Positions 49,642-63,925 are shown, counted from the first letter of the stretch. The stretch: DNA of 64,000 nucleotides from Selaginella moellendorffii (GCF_000143415.4 NW_003314326.1:496001-560000); one strand, 5' to 3'. A program made the numbers and translations. Notes: generated by a model from the letters alone, not told the origin.

Positions 49642-49665
49642 ACGTAATACCATTCTGGCGAATAT

Positions 49666-49689
49666 GCCGTTGGCCCTACTAGCCGTTGA
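49666..49689 (-). promoter_or_regulatory. Two MSA-like (AACGG) G2/M elements upstream of kinesin-4
   Basis: gccgttgg and gccgttga read CCAACGGC / TCAACGGC on minus, 16 bp apart. Confidence 0.5.
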
Positions 49690-49925
49690 GTTTTCTGACG
49701 TGCCACGTTCGCCGGTCGGCACATCTTTCCGGCGTGCCCCCAAAATTCAAAATACAAGTTTGCCCTAAACCGGCAGCGGCCGGTAGAGAAGGACGCTAGG
49801 CTAGGCGCCAGGGAAGGAAGCTTTCTTGGATGCGCCACACCCACAGCTAGGTTTTTCTAGGCGCCGAGCTCGCGATCGCTGCGCCGCCCTCGCGATTTGA
49901 TGCATCGCTGCTGAAATATCGCGGA

Positions 49926-52900
49926 ATGGAGAGCGGCGGAGGCTCGGAGGTCGAGAAAGATGCATTGCAGGCTGTCCAGGTCGCCGTTCACATCAGGCCC
50001 CTCATCGCGCAGGAGCGGATTCAGGGATGCAAGGAATGCGTTTCGGTTGTTCCCGGCGAACCGCAGGTAAAATCTCCCAAAATTCCTCTCGCGAGCCGGC
50101 GAGATTTCACTTCTCCCGGTACATCGATCGGGGAATGGATTTAGGTCAATTACGAGCTTCTGTGGTGCGCAGGTGCAGCTGGGATCGCATTCTTTCACGT
50201 TTGATCATGTCTATGGAGGCGGTGGCTCCTCGCCATCGTCTATTTTCGATCAATGCGTGAGACCTCTTGTCGAGGGATTGTTCCAAGGCTACAATGCCAC
50301 TGTCCTTGCTTATGGACAGGTAAGAAGTTTGTTTTCTTCTCGTTTGGCACTCACTTGGAGCTCAATTTATAGACAGGATCCGGCAAAACTTACACTATGG
50401 GCACTGGTTACACAGTGGGCGGTAGCAGTGAGGGTGTTATCCCACAAGTCATGGACACACTCTTTAGCAAAATCAATGCTTTGAAGCACAAGGCAGACTT
50501 CCAAGTCCGAGTCTCTTTTATTGAGGTAACCGGGCAAGCTGGTTCATTTCTTCTTTCTTTTCTGAAGTTTGGCAGTGAATGCAGATCTTGAAGGAGGAGG
50601 TCCATGATCTTCTTGACCCAAATCCACCGTCTACAATGAAAACTGATGCTGCCAACGGCGCACTTTTGAGAGTTGTGCCTGGAAAGCCTCCCATCCAGAT
50701 TCGGGAGACCGGGAGCGGAGGGATCATGCTTGCCGGCGTAACAGAAACTGAAGTACGTACGTTACCAGAGATGGCCGCCTGCTTGGAACAGGGATCTCTT
50801 TGCCGAGCAACAGGAAGCACCAACATGAATGCGCAATCAAGGTGCGTTTGACAAGAATTTTCGTCTTTCTGTGGTAGCTAACAAAGTTTACCGCAGTCGC
50901 TCTCACGCAATCTTTACTATCAACGTCGAACAACGTCGAAAATGGGATTCCTTTCTGAATGCTGATACTTCATCATTGCCGGAGGACACCGGAGAAGACT
51001 TTCTCTGTGCGAAGCTCCACTTAGTAGATCTTGCTGGTTCTGAGCGCGCCAAGAGAACTAAAGCAGATGGGAATCGTTTCAAAGAAGGTGAATGCCTGTT
51101 ATTCTTGTTACCACTAAAATAGCACCAATGCAGGTGTACATATCAATCGAGGACTTTTGGCTCTTGGAAATGTGATTAGTGCTTTAGGAGATGACAAAAA
51201 ACGCAAAGAAGGTGGCCACGTACCTTACAGGGATAGCAAATTGACACGCCTTTTGCAGGTAAGCCTTAGGGATGGCTGAGTTTATGGTTGTTTATTATTT
51301 CGCATGCAGGATTCTTTAGGTGGTAATAGTCGCACAACAATGATTGGTAAGTCTGCTCAATACAGTTTTCAGAGACCTCACATCCATTCTGTATTAGCTT
51401 GTGTTAGTCCTGCGGATTCTAATGCCGAAGAAACACTGAATACTCTGAAATATGCTAATCGGGCACGCAACATTCAAAACAAACCAATGGTAGGCTGGCT
51501 AATCAATTCTTCTCCCCGTTGTTGATGGTATGATTTGGTGTGCAGGTGAACCGTGATCCAGTAGTTGCGGAGATGCAGAGAATGAGACAGCAGTTGGAAG
51601 TGCTACAAGCGGAACTTTTATGCGCTCAAGCAGCAACCATACCTGAGGAAATTCAGGTAGTTATTTTCCTGTCATTCGTTGATTCTGATCCTCGGAAGCA
51701 CAGATTCTTAAGCAGAAAGTGACATGGCTAGAAAGCAACAACCTGGAACTACGGCGTGAACTGCAACAGTCGGCTGAAAGCTGTGCTTTACTTTCCGAGC
51801 AAGTCGTTAGTGCACAGGTATTTTACTGTTGGACTGAGTGAACTTTCTGAATCTAAACGCAAGTGTAGGTGGAACGCGATAAGTTGCAGCTCAAGTTTCA
51901 AAAATTACGTAGTGGCGTGGCGCTTTCGGAGTGTGGAGAGAACGATACCGAGGTTTGTGTCTGTAAAGTCTCAGTTTGTTTTCTAACCGATTGTTCTCAG
52001 CAGAGCGAAGATCTGGTCAAAAACTACTTGAAAAGGATTCAAGAATTGGAGCTGGAATTGCTAAGTGTGAAGTCTAGCAACGCCACCGATCTTTCGGCTG
52101 AAGGAGAAGGGGACGTGGAAGAAGGAGAAGGGGACGTGGAAGAAGGAGAAGGAGAAGTGGACGTGGATGTAGTTGCTGCAAAAGAGCTGGAGCATACTAT
52201 GCGGCAGGACTGTCTGGACAAGGAACTCGAAGAGCTTGATAAACGACTTGAACTGAAAGAGGTACCAGATGTGAGAATTAAATTGGTTTAACATGTTTTT
52301 TTTTGTCAATTCAGGCGGAAATGAAAGCGTTTGCAAGACCCGACAACGTCGTCTTGAAGCAACATTTTGAGAAAAAGCTTATTGAGCTTGAAGACGAGAA
52401 AAAAACCCTCCAGGTACTGCTTTGCAGAAGTATAGCTGCCGTAACTACTTTGATCTTCTGCAGAAAGAGAGAGATGCATTGCTGAAAGAGTTAGAGGCGC
52501 TGGCGACCAGCTCAGATGAGCATGCTCATAAAATGCAAGAGACGTATGTCCAGAAGCTCAAGGACCTCGAGCGTCAGGTGAGAGAGTTCATAAAGTTTAC
52601 ACTGGCAATGAAAGTTTGGTACTACAGATTGCGGAGCTCAAGAAAAAGCAAGAGAATCAAGCACAGCTGCTGCGTCAGAAACAACGAAGCGACGAAGCAG
52701 CAAAGCGTTTGCAGGAAGACATTTTGCGTATGAAGCAGCAAAAGGCTAGTCATTTTATTGTTTCCTTCGTGATTTGACTCATCTTCTTTGACAGGTGCAA
52801 CTACAAAACAAAATAAAGCAAGAGTCAGAGCAGTTTCGTGCATGGAAAAACGCCAGGGAAAAGGAGGTCTTGCAGCTCCGGAAAGAGGGAAGGCGAAATG

Positions 52901-54448
52901 TTTACGAAATGCACAAACTTCAGGCTCTACACCAGCGTCAGAAATTGGTATTCCGTAACGATATCCTTTCCTGAATTTCTGATTTTATTTTTCCAGGTTC
53001 TTCAAAGAAAAACAGAGGAAGCTGCAGTTGCAACACGCCGCCTGAAAGACATGCTAGAGGCTTCGGAAGCTTCTTATGCGAGGCAAGTGCTTGTGACGTT
53101 ACTACCATAACACCTTCGGTTTGTCTGTTGCAGAAGCCAATTGCGTATCAAAGAAATCGAAAACAGGGAGCTTAGAAAAAGAGTTATTGAGCTTTCCGAA
53201 AGCCTCAAGCAAAGTGAAGCACGCAGAATGGAGTTCGAAAGGGATAATGCTAAACAACGTCGTGAAAGAGAACAGCCTGCTGCAGTTGTTTTAGCAACAG
53301 CGTCAAAGGTACTGCTCAGTTTCATTTCTAGCATTCACTCTGTTTCCTTCTGGCAGGATGCTGGGCGAGAGATAAATGAGCTTTCTGTCGGACTAGCGCA
53401 GCTTGTACATACCGGTAGGAAGTCGTCGCATTATGGCAGTGTTGGTTTTGAAAGCATCCCTTACGATCTTCGCAAGGTGGGAGGATTGACGGTTCTTCGA
53501 TTTTCCACCGGCTTAATCTTGTCGACCATGACAGGCTCCACGGGAATCCTACAAGAGCATAACTAGCGAGAGCTCCGAATGTGAAACGGACATGGAGATC
53601 GAAGAGATTGATCAGTCAGACAAAGACTGGGACGTGGACGACGAGAAGTACAAAGACGGGCTAAAGCTGGGCTCGGCAGGGTGCTGCAGCTGCAGCCAAA
53701 CCTCAGGCTGCAAAACGAAGAAATGCCAATGCAGGCTGGCTGGTGGCTACTGCGGTGCTAGCTGCTCGTGCAAAGCCAGCAAGTGCGCGAACAGAGAGCA
53801 TGCGGTGTCCGGGTCAGACATGGCAGGAACCTCTTCAGCTAGCAGTAGCGTACAGGACGCTGGATCAGACCGGGGATCGGAAGAGCTGGCCAAGTATGGA
53901 GCCAAGCTCCTGGACACTGCATACAAGGAGGAGCTAAGCGCGCAGATAACAGCCAGTATCGGTGGTGAAACGGTGGAAAAACCCAGCCAGCGTCGCCCAC
54001 TCAGCGACATCGGCAATACAAGAGTAAGTACGCAAAAACTCCACATACGTTCGTTTTCTAACGCAGAGGTGTCTCACAGGTCGTCATTCCGTCTCGAAAG
54101 CCTGGAAAGCAAAAGAGAAAGTCGCAGAAGATAGTGGTACAACTCGTTCCCGTGGAGTCCAGCACTGCCCCGCAGCCTGAAGCGGTGGCTCCTCCTCCCC
54201 AGCCGCCCGCTCTTCCTCCTCTTGCTGTCGATCAAGCTCCACAAGACAGCGAAGTGGAGCAGCAGCAGCAGCAAAGGTATCGGCATCAACGAGAGCAGCC
54301 TCTCCAGCCGCGGACTGCGTCAGTGAGCCCGCTTAGAGCTCGCAATCGGCATCGAGCAAGAGACGATAGCGGAGGCGTGAAGAGAGTGTCGAGCGGTCCA
54401 CCCAGTCCCAGGAAGAAGCACGGCGACGAGAAAGAAAACATTAGATAA
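49926..54448 (+). CDS. KIN4: Kinesin-4 (KIN4C/chromokinesin-like) with C-terminal Cys-rich CXC domain; many short introns
   Basis: [30 protein letters not shown] (P-loop), [41 protein letters not shown], coiled coil, [23 protein letters not shown]...C.NR. Confidence 0.94.
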
Positions 54449-55993
54449 GATGCGAAGCAAGAAACAAACGGCATTACAGCCCAAGTGGCAGCCATGTCAT
54501 CTCTTCACTCCAAATTAGTGGGAAAAAACGCTTATTTGATAATATGGATCTTTTAAGAATGTTATGAGCTAATAATTTAACAATGAGAATAATTTAACAG
54601 CTAATAATTTTAACAATATGAACTTTTATCAACATATTGAATATTGTATTAAACCTTATAAACTGGTGGCCCAATTTAGCACAACATTTGATATGGTCGT
54701 TTTCAATAAGTAAATAGCCCTTTAGACAAACTATATATCATAAGAATGGGAAAATAAATTAATACTATATCATCCACTTTATATTTTATATATAAAGAAA
54801 AAATTCTAGAAACTAACTTCAATAATTGGTGGCAATTGTAAAAGTAAACATAACTCCGTTAGCAATATTAATATTATAAACATGAGATACATATATTATA
54901 TAAATAACCATCTTAATCTGGGTTTTGAAAGTTTATGTACTTCATGATCATCCCTTTAAAAGTCTTAATAAGCCATTCGACTAAATCATCCATTTGTAGA
55001 TGGTAAGCATGTATGAAAGTATGGAATATCCCTAGTCAAGACATCATGCCTTAGCCATAAATGCAGGACTATTATCTAAAAAAAATCTACTCTAAACAAG
55101 AATGTTGGAATCATCCAATTTAAAAGAAGTTATAAATTATAAATTTTCATTTTCTAATTTGCCAACTACTTTGTCTATCCAACCACATTTGCTTTGGCCT
55201 TAGTGGTTCCCTTGCTAAAATTCACACTTATTATACCAATTTTTATTTAGTCCCACTTGAATTTAACTACTTACTACATAAACAATAAAGTGTTAGCTAT
55301 CCTTCCATGGATTCCCAAACTCTTTATTAATTCCTTTCCCTGAGTTAAATTAGACTTATGGTTTGCCTACACTCCCCACAAAGTTAAGCAACTAAATATA
55401 CTAAACTTTCAACATCCCTTGATACAACAAAATTTGTTTATAGAACCTTTTAAATCCTACACTTTCAATGCATTTCTTTTTGGGGAAATATTGTGGATTA
55501 ACAATTAATATGGGTATTTTAACTTCCCACCTCTATCCCAAAGGGAAAACCCAAGCCTTTAAAATGGGGTGAGGATCAATGAGTTACACAGTACTCAAAT
55601 TGAACACCACTCTATTTGAGTTAAGAGCACTACAATCAATTTCTTTTTCGGGAGTGGGAGTTGCTTTTAAGTATGTCATTAAAGTGCCTCTCAAACACCC
55701 TTTAAACCCTTATTCACTCCCACCCAAGACTAGTAACCCCTAATTCTAATTTCAACTCCATTTGGAAACACCATTGGATGGTTCTTTCAAGACTGGATCT
55801 TTAGTAGCCCCCCTCAACTCCCCTCCCCTCTTGGAGAAATAATTTCCTTAGGCTTTCACCACATGATTTGTATTAGTATTTTTGGACTTGATCTCAGACT
55901 TGGTCTTGAATTTAATCTTGAATCTCGGACTCAAACTCAAAGTCGAGTTCAGACTTGGTCTCATTTGACTAACTCTTTATTGTTTTAATCATA

Positions 55994-57130
55994 TGTAAGA
56001 CATAAATCCCTAGGCCCTAAAGTGGAGTTGAAAGGGTGTCACATGGCAGTGGTCAAAGTAGAAGTCTAACAAGCTTAACACATTTGGACCAAGAGTTTTA
56101 ACTCGAAAAGTTGAGAGTGGGAGTGAAACTCCTAAATAAGTGTTTGTGGAACAAGTGCAAAATAATTGGTGAACAAGTCTCTAGAAAATGAAACAAGAGG
56201 GACCAACATATAGCAAGTGTTGACATATGAAAGTGTCGAGACTGACTCTAAGATGGTGTTTAAGATGGAGTCCAAGAAGAGTTTAAAATGGAGTCCGAAA
56301 AGGAATTCGAGATAGAGTCTTAGTAAAAGTCCAAGAAGGAATCCAAGTTCGAGAAGGAGTCCAAGATAGAGACTGAGATCAGGGCCAAGAGCGGGATTGA
56401 GACCAAGACAAAGACGAGGACTAGGACCGAGACTGGGACCAAGATTGAGACCAAGATTGAGACTAAGACTGAGTCTGAGTTTGAGTCCGAGTCCGAGTTC
56501 GAGTTTGAGTTCAATTTGAGTACGAATTCGAGAGTGAAAGGTCAAATAAATTGTCTCCCAAATCCCCCAGGGTTTGGTGAGCTTCAAAAAGATAGTAGGG
56601 GGAGGACTCTAGTGGAACTAGTTTGGCTAAGACAAGCTAGTGTGACTAAAGAAAGCTATACCCACGTGGTGGGTGATGGTATAAAAGGAGTCCAAGGCTA
56701 AAGTGAACACAAATAGGGTAACTTAGTGAAGTGTTCAAGAGCCAGTTCTAGCTCCCTCGAGAGATTGTGGTCAATACTCCCAATCCAAATATAGGTGGTA
56801 GTACATACTTGGATATTCTATGTGGCTTATTGAAACCTCACTCTAGTCACATAGTTAAGGCATTTAAGGGCAAAAGCTAGGGAGGTGCCCACAAGGCTCT
56901 CATAGGGTTATAATGTTTCAAAATGTTATCCCAAAGTCTCAGACTGTGGAAATGATAAGGAGTTGTCCTCTAGCATAGTGACCAAAGGCATTGTCATGTG
57001 GTGAAGAAGTCCCAGAGGTTAGTGGGACTTAGTGGTTGAGGCTTTAGACCTTGATTTAATGGCAGTGTTGGTGAGCACGACTATAGATGGAGAGGGATTT
57101 AGTGGGAACTAAAGAAGGGACATTGGGGAA
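55994..57130 (+). mobile_element. Family B LTR copy
   Basis: TGTAAGACATAAATCC start and hexamer array 56240-56530; homologous to 1761-2616 plus 10294-10500. Confidence 0.75.
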
Positions 57131-57348
57131 GGGTGTTCTTTATGTCTCTAAGCATCTTAAAGATGTTAAGACATGGTTTTGGGATATAACTTATAGACAT
57201 ATGGTTTAGTCTTGGAGAAATGAAACTATGGCATAAATGGTCTTGGACTACTAATGAGACAAAGGTAAATAGACATAACCTTAATGTAACGGGCTAATGT
57301 GTTGATGGAACCTTTGAGGTGTCTATCGTGGGATCAGACATGTGAAAG

Positions 57349-57510
57349 TGTAGCGCATGTGATTATGGGATGAGATTTGGATATACTGTCACCGTGGATC
57401 CTTGGAACCTTGGGGGATAAATGGGGATAAAATAGCCACTAAGGGCTCTCTCATCAAGCAATTGCCCCTTTTTCAGTCGGTTTAAGGGAAGAGAGATAAG
57501 GTGCGCTATA
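57349..57510 (+). mobile_element. Solo LTR of TRIM T1 (best-preserved copy)
   Basis: TGTAGCGCATGTG...GTGCGCTATA, terminal inverted repeats. Confidence 0.75.
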
Positions 57511-57664
57511 GCACTTGCACCAAGTGTAAAGGCTAAGTGGCATAGGCCATTCATGGGGCTAATATATCCCTAAGTCGGGAATAAAACTTATAAAGGTTGT
57601 GAGTGAAATTTCTCTAAGTGATTAAAGGTGTGGTTAAGTGATTAAAGTAAAATAGAAAATTTAG

Positions 57665-57921
57665 TATTAGGATCCTACCCTTACACCTTAAGCCAACTAG
57701 CTAAAAGGGTGATTACTTGATTGCAGGGCCCTTTCTTTCAATCCTCCCCTTGTCAGAGAATGATTGTTCGTAATCATTTTTAAGCCACCCTCCTGTCACC
57801 ATGGTCCTTCTCTTATACCAAGCCTTGGTTCTCCCTCTAGATCCACCATGTTGAATATTCCTTTAGCATATTCTTGCCCTATTCGTCAGCCATGAGAATC
57901 AAATTGGGCTCCAATGCTAAT
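57665..57921 (-). mobile_element. Partial TRIM T2 (LTR, PPT, internal region, PBS)
   Basis: Homologous to 61612-62250. Confidence 0.65.
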
Positions 57922-60900
57922 GTTATGATCCAGTGTAAAAAAGACAGAGATCTAGTCTCCCTAAACTATACTACACCACCTCTTGAGATTCTTCACCACC
58001 TAACCACCTCCAAGCTACTCCAAAAGCTCCACTACAGCACTCTTCTGTGAGCCCTAGGGTAGGTTAAGTCCCTTACCTTAACATACCTTAATATACACTT
58101 GAGCCTCTCTTTAACCGATGTTAAGCACATGGTCAAAGCTGGCACTTAACAATTCTTTCCCCCCCAACAAAATCCTTGTCTCAAGGATGAGTTGTACTGG
58201 TGATCACCTTTTATAGGGAACTCTATTCAAGCTTCTGGTCCATCTTCCACAACCATATACATCAAGGAGGCATTGGGCCCATCATTTCGAGATAATACAC
58301 CTTTCAACTGGCTAACGTAAAATATCGGATGAATTTTCACCCTAGCTGGTAGCCACACTGAATAAGCCATTATACTAATGCGCTCCAGCACTTCATATGG
58401 ACTAACATATTGATGGGAAGGTTTGTCACTCTTCCCTGTTTATAAAGGCACCAAGGTGTTCTATTGCTCACTTGACAGAAAGGTCACTCGCACGAAGACA
58501 AAATCACCCACCTTATATTCCCAGAATTGACGATGCTTATTAGCAAACTTCTCCGCTCTATCTTGAGTTGCTTGTAAATTCCATTTGCACACCACTAAAA
58601 TCTCATCAAGGTCTATTGCTAAATCAGTCACCTTAGAATCAAGCTTATCTTGAACATCCTTACTCAAATGCAATCCCAACTCCACCATTATTCAGAGATG
58701 CCTTCCAAACATGACAAAGTAAAGACTTAGCTTGGTTCCACTATGTTGGCTATTGTTGTAAGTAAATTGCACCAACAGAAGGTATAGATCCCACTATCTC
58801 TGCCTTTGACCAATGCTACAGCATAGCATATCTTTCACCATTTGATTCATACACTCAGTTTGCCCATCTGTTTAAAAATGATTTCCACTCAAGAGTTTCA
58901 AAATCACTTGCATAGCCTTTGCAAAGCTCTTCCAAAATCCACTAGTGAACCTTGAATATGATCATTAATAATGTCCTCTGGCAAACCAAAATCATGAAAA
59001 CTTTCTCCAAGTAAACTATAGCCAAGTCTGAGGTAATGATAATCTTCCAAAGAGCTAATAGCCGTACATACTTTGTCAACCGATCCACTATAACCCATAC
59101 TTGCTCCTTTTGCCTTTGTGTGTGTGGCAAACAAGTGATGAAGTCTATAGAGATATTATACCAATAGCTCTAAGGAATAGGTAAAGGTTGTAGAAGTCTT
59201 CTTAACTTTTCTCGTGGCACCTTAACCCATTAACAAAGCTCACATAATTTACAATACTTAAAGATATCAGCCTTCATATTCCTCCAATCAAAATTGCACT
59301 CAATCAACTTATACATTTTCTTCCCCCAAAATGACCAGCCTCTGGATGATCATAATAGTGGGATAAAACTTAAGTAATTAATGCATCCATATGTGGCAAA
59401 TATACACGGCCATTGTAGTAAAGAATCCCAACCACCAATGAGAAAAGGGTTTCCATGTGGTCTTACAAAGAGGCCACCTCAGCATTCTAGGCCTAAGCAT
59501 GCTCAATCAACTGCCCAAATTTAGTGACCATCTTACTTAAATGATGACAAAATTGTGTTTGTAATGTTGTTATATGATGAACAGAAGACAAAGCATTTGC
59601 CACCATATTTGATTTTCCCGAATGATGCTCAATAAGAAACTCCCCAAATTCCATAAGTTTGACCATTTAACGAGCTTGCCTAGTGTTCAACTCCTTTAGT
59701 GTGAAAAGATACACAAATGGTTTGTGATCCATCAACACCATAAACACTACATCATAAAGATAGTGTTGCCACATCTGCAAAGCATGAACAAGAGAGAGTA
59801 ACTCTTGCTCATATGTGGAATAGCGTTGTTCTGTAGATTTCAAAGTTTGACTCTCATATGCAATAGGTTGTCCCTCTTACATGAAAACTCCTCTTAGTGC
59901 ATAACCACTCGCATTGTATATCACCTCATAAGGTTTAAATGGATCAACAATACAAAGCATTGGAATCTTTCTCAACAATCATTTCAGCACCACAAAACTC
60001 CCCTCTTATGGCTTCTTTCACTTGAATGGTATGTTCTTGCGCAACAATTGTGTCAAAGGAATAACCACCTCCACAAATTTATACTGGAAATGTCGGTAGT
60101 AATTAACTATACCAAGGAAATTGCGTAACTCAGCCACTATAGTCAGTGTAGGCCAGTTCTCCACCACAGCCACCTTCCTTAGATCCGTCTTGACACCCTT
60201 AGATGTCACAATATGGCCTAGATATTCCACCTCTGACTTTGCAAACTCATATTTACTCTTCTTCACATAAAGTTTATTATCACGAAATAATAAAAGAACC
60301 TTGTGCAAATGCACCCTATATTCCTCCATAGTCTTGCTAAAAACAAGAATATCATCCAAAAAAATCTCCACAAACTCATGAAGATAATGCTCAAATACCT
60401 TTGTCATCAACAGAATAAATGTGGATGGTGCATTCATCAAACCAAAAGGCATAATTGTAAACTCAAAATGTTTGAAGCTTATATTAAATGCCATTTTGGA
60501 GATAGATACATCATCCATTACAATCTAATGATATCCACTCCTTAGATCAATCTTGGTAAACATTTATGTTTCACCAAGCTTATCTAAAATATCATCCATA
60601 TGTGGTATTAGCATCTTATCCTTCACTGTCTTTTTGTTTAAGGCATAGTAGTCAATACGCATTTGCATTGAACCTTCCTTCTTCTTCACAAGCAAGATTG
60701 GAGCACCAAACAGAGACTTACTTGGCTGAATAAATCCAAACTCAAGTAACTCTTTGACTTGTCGTTGAACTTCTTGCTCCTCCACATAACTTAACTGAAA
60801 TAGACGTTAGTAAATTGGCTACGTCCTCGGCTTCAACATAATCTCATGCTCTATACTTCGTAATGGAGGCAACTCATAAGGAAGTTTAGATGGAAAAACA

Positions 60901-61610
60901 TTAGAAAACTCGTTGAGTACATTCTATACTGCTACTTCTCCCCCACACATGTCTTGGTCCCCCAAGTCACGAACAAATAGCAAGTAACTAAAAAATGCAT
61001 TTCCATTACGATAAGCCTGCTTCAAAGATGTAGTGAAGAGCATAACAATTGGAGGTTGAACTCCCTCTCCAAACCACACATCTTTAATGCCACCATACGC
61101 AAGTGAAACATGCTTAATACTCCACTTTATTTCTAGATCCACCTTCACCAACCATGGCATCCCAAGAATGAGATCCACATGATGGATATCTGTGAGATAA
61201 AAAGTCTTCACAAGAGTGGTTTTGTCAACCAACACTTCTAGCCTCTCTACACAAGCATCAAAATGTTGAGTAGAGATAATTGCACTTTCCACTGTATATG
61301 GAAGAATTCCTTATGTCACTAAGCCATGCTTCATAACAAACTTTGCCAAAACAAGTTGTTATCACTCCCACTATCCAATAAAATTCACATTAGACCGCTA
61401 TGGAACACGCCCTTTAGCATTAAAGCTGATTCATAAATATCCTCAAGCTCTATTTTGTTCCACACACAGTTCCTTATGTCCATGACAATCATCACGACAA
61501 TACCAATGTTAGGATCTTATCCCTTACACCCTAAACCAACTAGCTAAAGGGGTGATCACTTGATTGCAAGACCCTTTTTTTATCCTATTATCCTGACCTG
61601 GTGCTTAACA
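57922..61610 (-). mobile_element. Decayed Ty3/gypsy element lacking gag (PR-RT-RH-INT order)
   Basis: VDLILGMPWL (PR), GAPILLVKKK.GS..M.IDY..LN, MPFGLMNAP, FLDDILVFS (RT), VIVDRLTKY (INT); PPT at 58153-58165; PBS remnant at ~61500. Confidence 0.9.
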
Positions 61611-61611
61611 A

Positions 61612-62355
61612 TACTAGGATCCTATCCCTTACACCCTAAGCTAACTAACTAAAGGGGTGATTATTTGATTGTAGAGCCCTTTCTTTATCCTATTATCTTG
61701 ACCTAGTGCTTAACAATCCTTTCCTCGTAAGGGAATGATCATCTACGATCATACTTGCCACCCTCTGGTCACTATGGTCCTTCTCTTAAGGTTTACTAAA
61801 CCTTGGTTGTCCGGGGCCCGACATATTGGATGCCTAACATATCTAGGGCCCAACATATCGGGTGCCCAACATGTCCAGGCCCGGACATATTCGGGGCCCA
61901 ATATATCCGGGGCCGGACATATCAGATGCCTGACATGGACATATCCGGGGCCTGACATATTGGGTGCCCGACATGTCCAGGCCCAGACATATCCGGGGCC
62001 TATATATTTGGGGTTAGATATATCGAGTGCCTAACATATCTAGGGCCGGACATATCGGGGCCCAGCCCGACATATCCAAGGCTTGAGATATGCCAGATTC
62101 ACCATATTGAATATTCCTTCAAAATATTTTTGCCCCACTTAGGGTCTACCAAACCTTGGTATTCCCTTTAGATCCACCATGTTGAATATTCCTTTAAAAT
62201 ATTCCTGCCCCACTCATTAGCCACAAGAATCAAACTATGCTTTGATACCAATGTTAGGATTCTATCCTTTACACCTTAAACCAACTGGCTAAAGGGGTGA
62301 TCACTTGGTTGCAAGGCCTTTTCTTTATCCTATTATCTTGATCTAGTGCCTAACA
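61612..62355 (-). mobile_element. Complete TRIM T2 (~745 bp): ~104-bp LTRs, Met-PBS, internal tandem repeats, PPT
   Basis: LTRs 61612-61715 and 62252-62355; gataccaa (PBS rc) at 62244-62251; cggacatatccggggcc-type repeats 61808-62085. Confidence 0.8.
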
Positions 62356-62399
62356 TTTAGTCACTTATATCATGATTTTAAGGGATCCTTTATCCTATG

Positions 62400-63300
62400 A
62401 CACCTTGGTTAAAAGTATTTTATAATAGTCATTGCACTAGTAAAAGCACCAACTTCCACCCAACAAATTAAGTAGTCAAAACTAATAATTTATTGCCAAT
62501 ATTCAACTGTGGAAAATGCCTATTATACTAAATACTATTAACTCAAAAAAACAAAAAAAACTACAATTGATTCCATAACATGAAGAGGAGTATTACAAGC
62601 TTAGCATTAGTTAAACTATGCATATATTAGGTCATATCTTGTCTCATCTCTAACTAATAAAAAGACCTATACAACTTCTTAAGCATATTATAATGTCCCA
62701 TATACCCTCCTAAAATGAGAGAGTTATGGTAAGTGTAAAGGAAGCATGGAATGGGATTAAAGGCAATCAACTATAAATGGTTATTCATATCAGTTTTTAC
62801 AAAATAAAGAAAGTTATCCTTAAGGTAATATTAAAAATATAAACAACAAATTATCAGCAAACAATACAAGATCTTCAAAGCCATCATAAAGCATTCAAAT
62901 CCATGGCTTAACCTTTAGATTTTCTAAACATCATTCAAAGAAGACAAATCTAACTTCACACCTTATGAACATTGATCATCAAACATAACAATTGCTAATA
63001 ACATAGAATCTTTGTTTTAAAATCCACTAACATTAGAATAATAAGCTCCTCAAAAATAGAAAAAGAGAGAGGAGGGAAAGGAACTTGAGCTAGAGCATCA
63101 CTATTAATTATTAAACTCTCAAGGCAATAAATAATCTCAAAGTCATAGATCATAAACCTATTGAGCAATATAGCCAACAAAGTTTTTTGGCTTAAAAAAT
63201 TCTTTGGCTTTAACAGCAAAGTGATTACAATATAATCCAGGTTTAAAAACCATATAAATATGCATGGAACTTCTTAAAACCCTAAACCATTATAAACATT
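62400..63300 (-). mobile_element. Highly decayed retrotransposon pol (RNase H/integrase) remnant
   Basis: YDFEIIY...NSDALA resembles the RNase H C-terminus. Confidence 0.5.
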
Positions 63301-63925
63301 CCTTTTCTGTTGCAAAATAGTTCAACTTAATTGACTGTAAAGTATAGTCATGTATGTAATGAGATAATATTAGTTAAAGACACTTCTACTCTCTTGCATC
63401 CTATCAAGAACTCCCACACCCTGATGGATCGCTCCTGGCAACTAGATTAAGGATATAGTAAAATATGCCTTTTCAATCTAATGGTTGGATACCATATGTA
63501 TGTATGTTTTTCACATGTGTATGGCCATAATGGCTAAGGGAATAAACATGGGAAATTCTACTGAATAATTTTCTGTAATAAAATTTTCTTTGAATCCTTT
63601 CTTACTCCAATCTGGGTCATCTCTCGGTCACTCCAGGTGCCATTCGCATTGATCTCAATAGATGAGCTCAACTGCTCTAGTAAAAGAAATCAAGATTTAA
63701 GTGTCCACGGAGGAAGCACATGGGTGGTTACCAGCAAGGATCTCAAAAATTGCTCCATTGCATGGAAATGTAGTTCAACCTAAATTCTTTAAAGGTGGGC
63801 CTAACCCAAACCTGGGTGGCAGAAGGTTCGGCACTCTTTTCTTTGTAAAGACTGGCAAAGATTATAAGTCAACACCAAACTTTCTATTGTTATTTGAAAA
63901 GGTCGGTATGTGCGATCTTGGCAGA

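Noticed and set aside
61808-62085. CRISPR-like repeat array
   Set aside because: Degenerate tandem repeats without unique spacers inside a plant TRIM
63560-63900. Exon-like minus-strand blocks upstream of the UGT
   Set aside because: Splice-like signals present but no recognisable product
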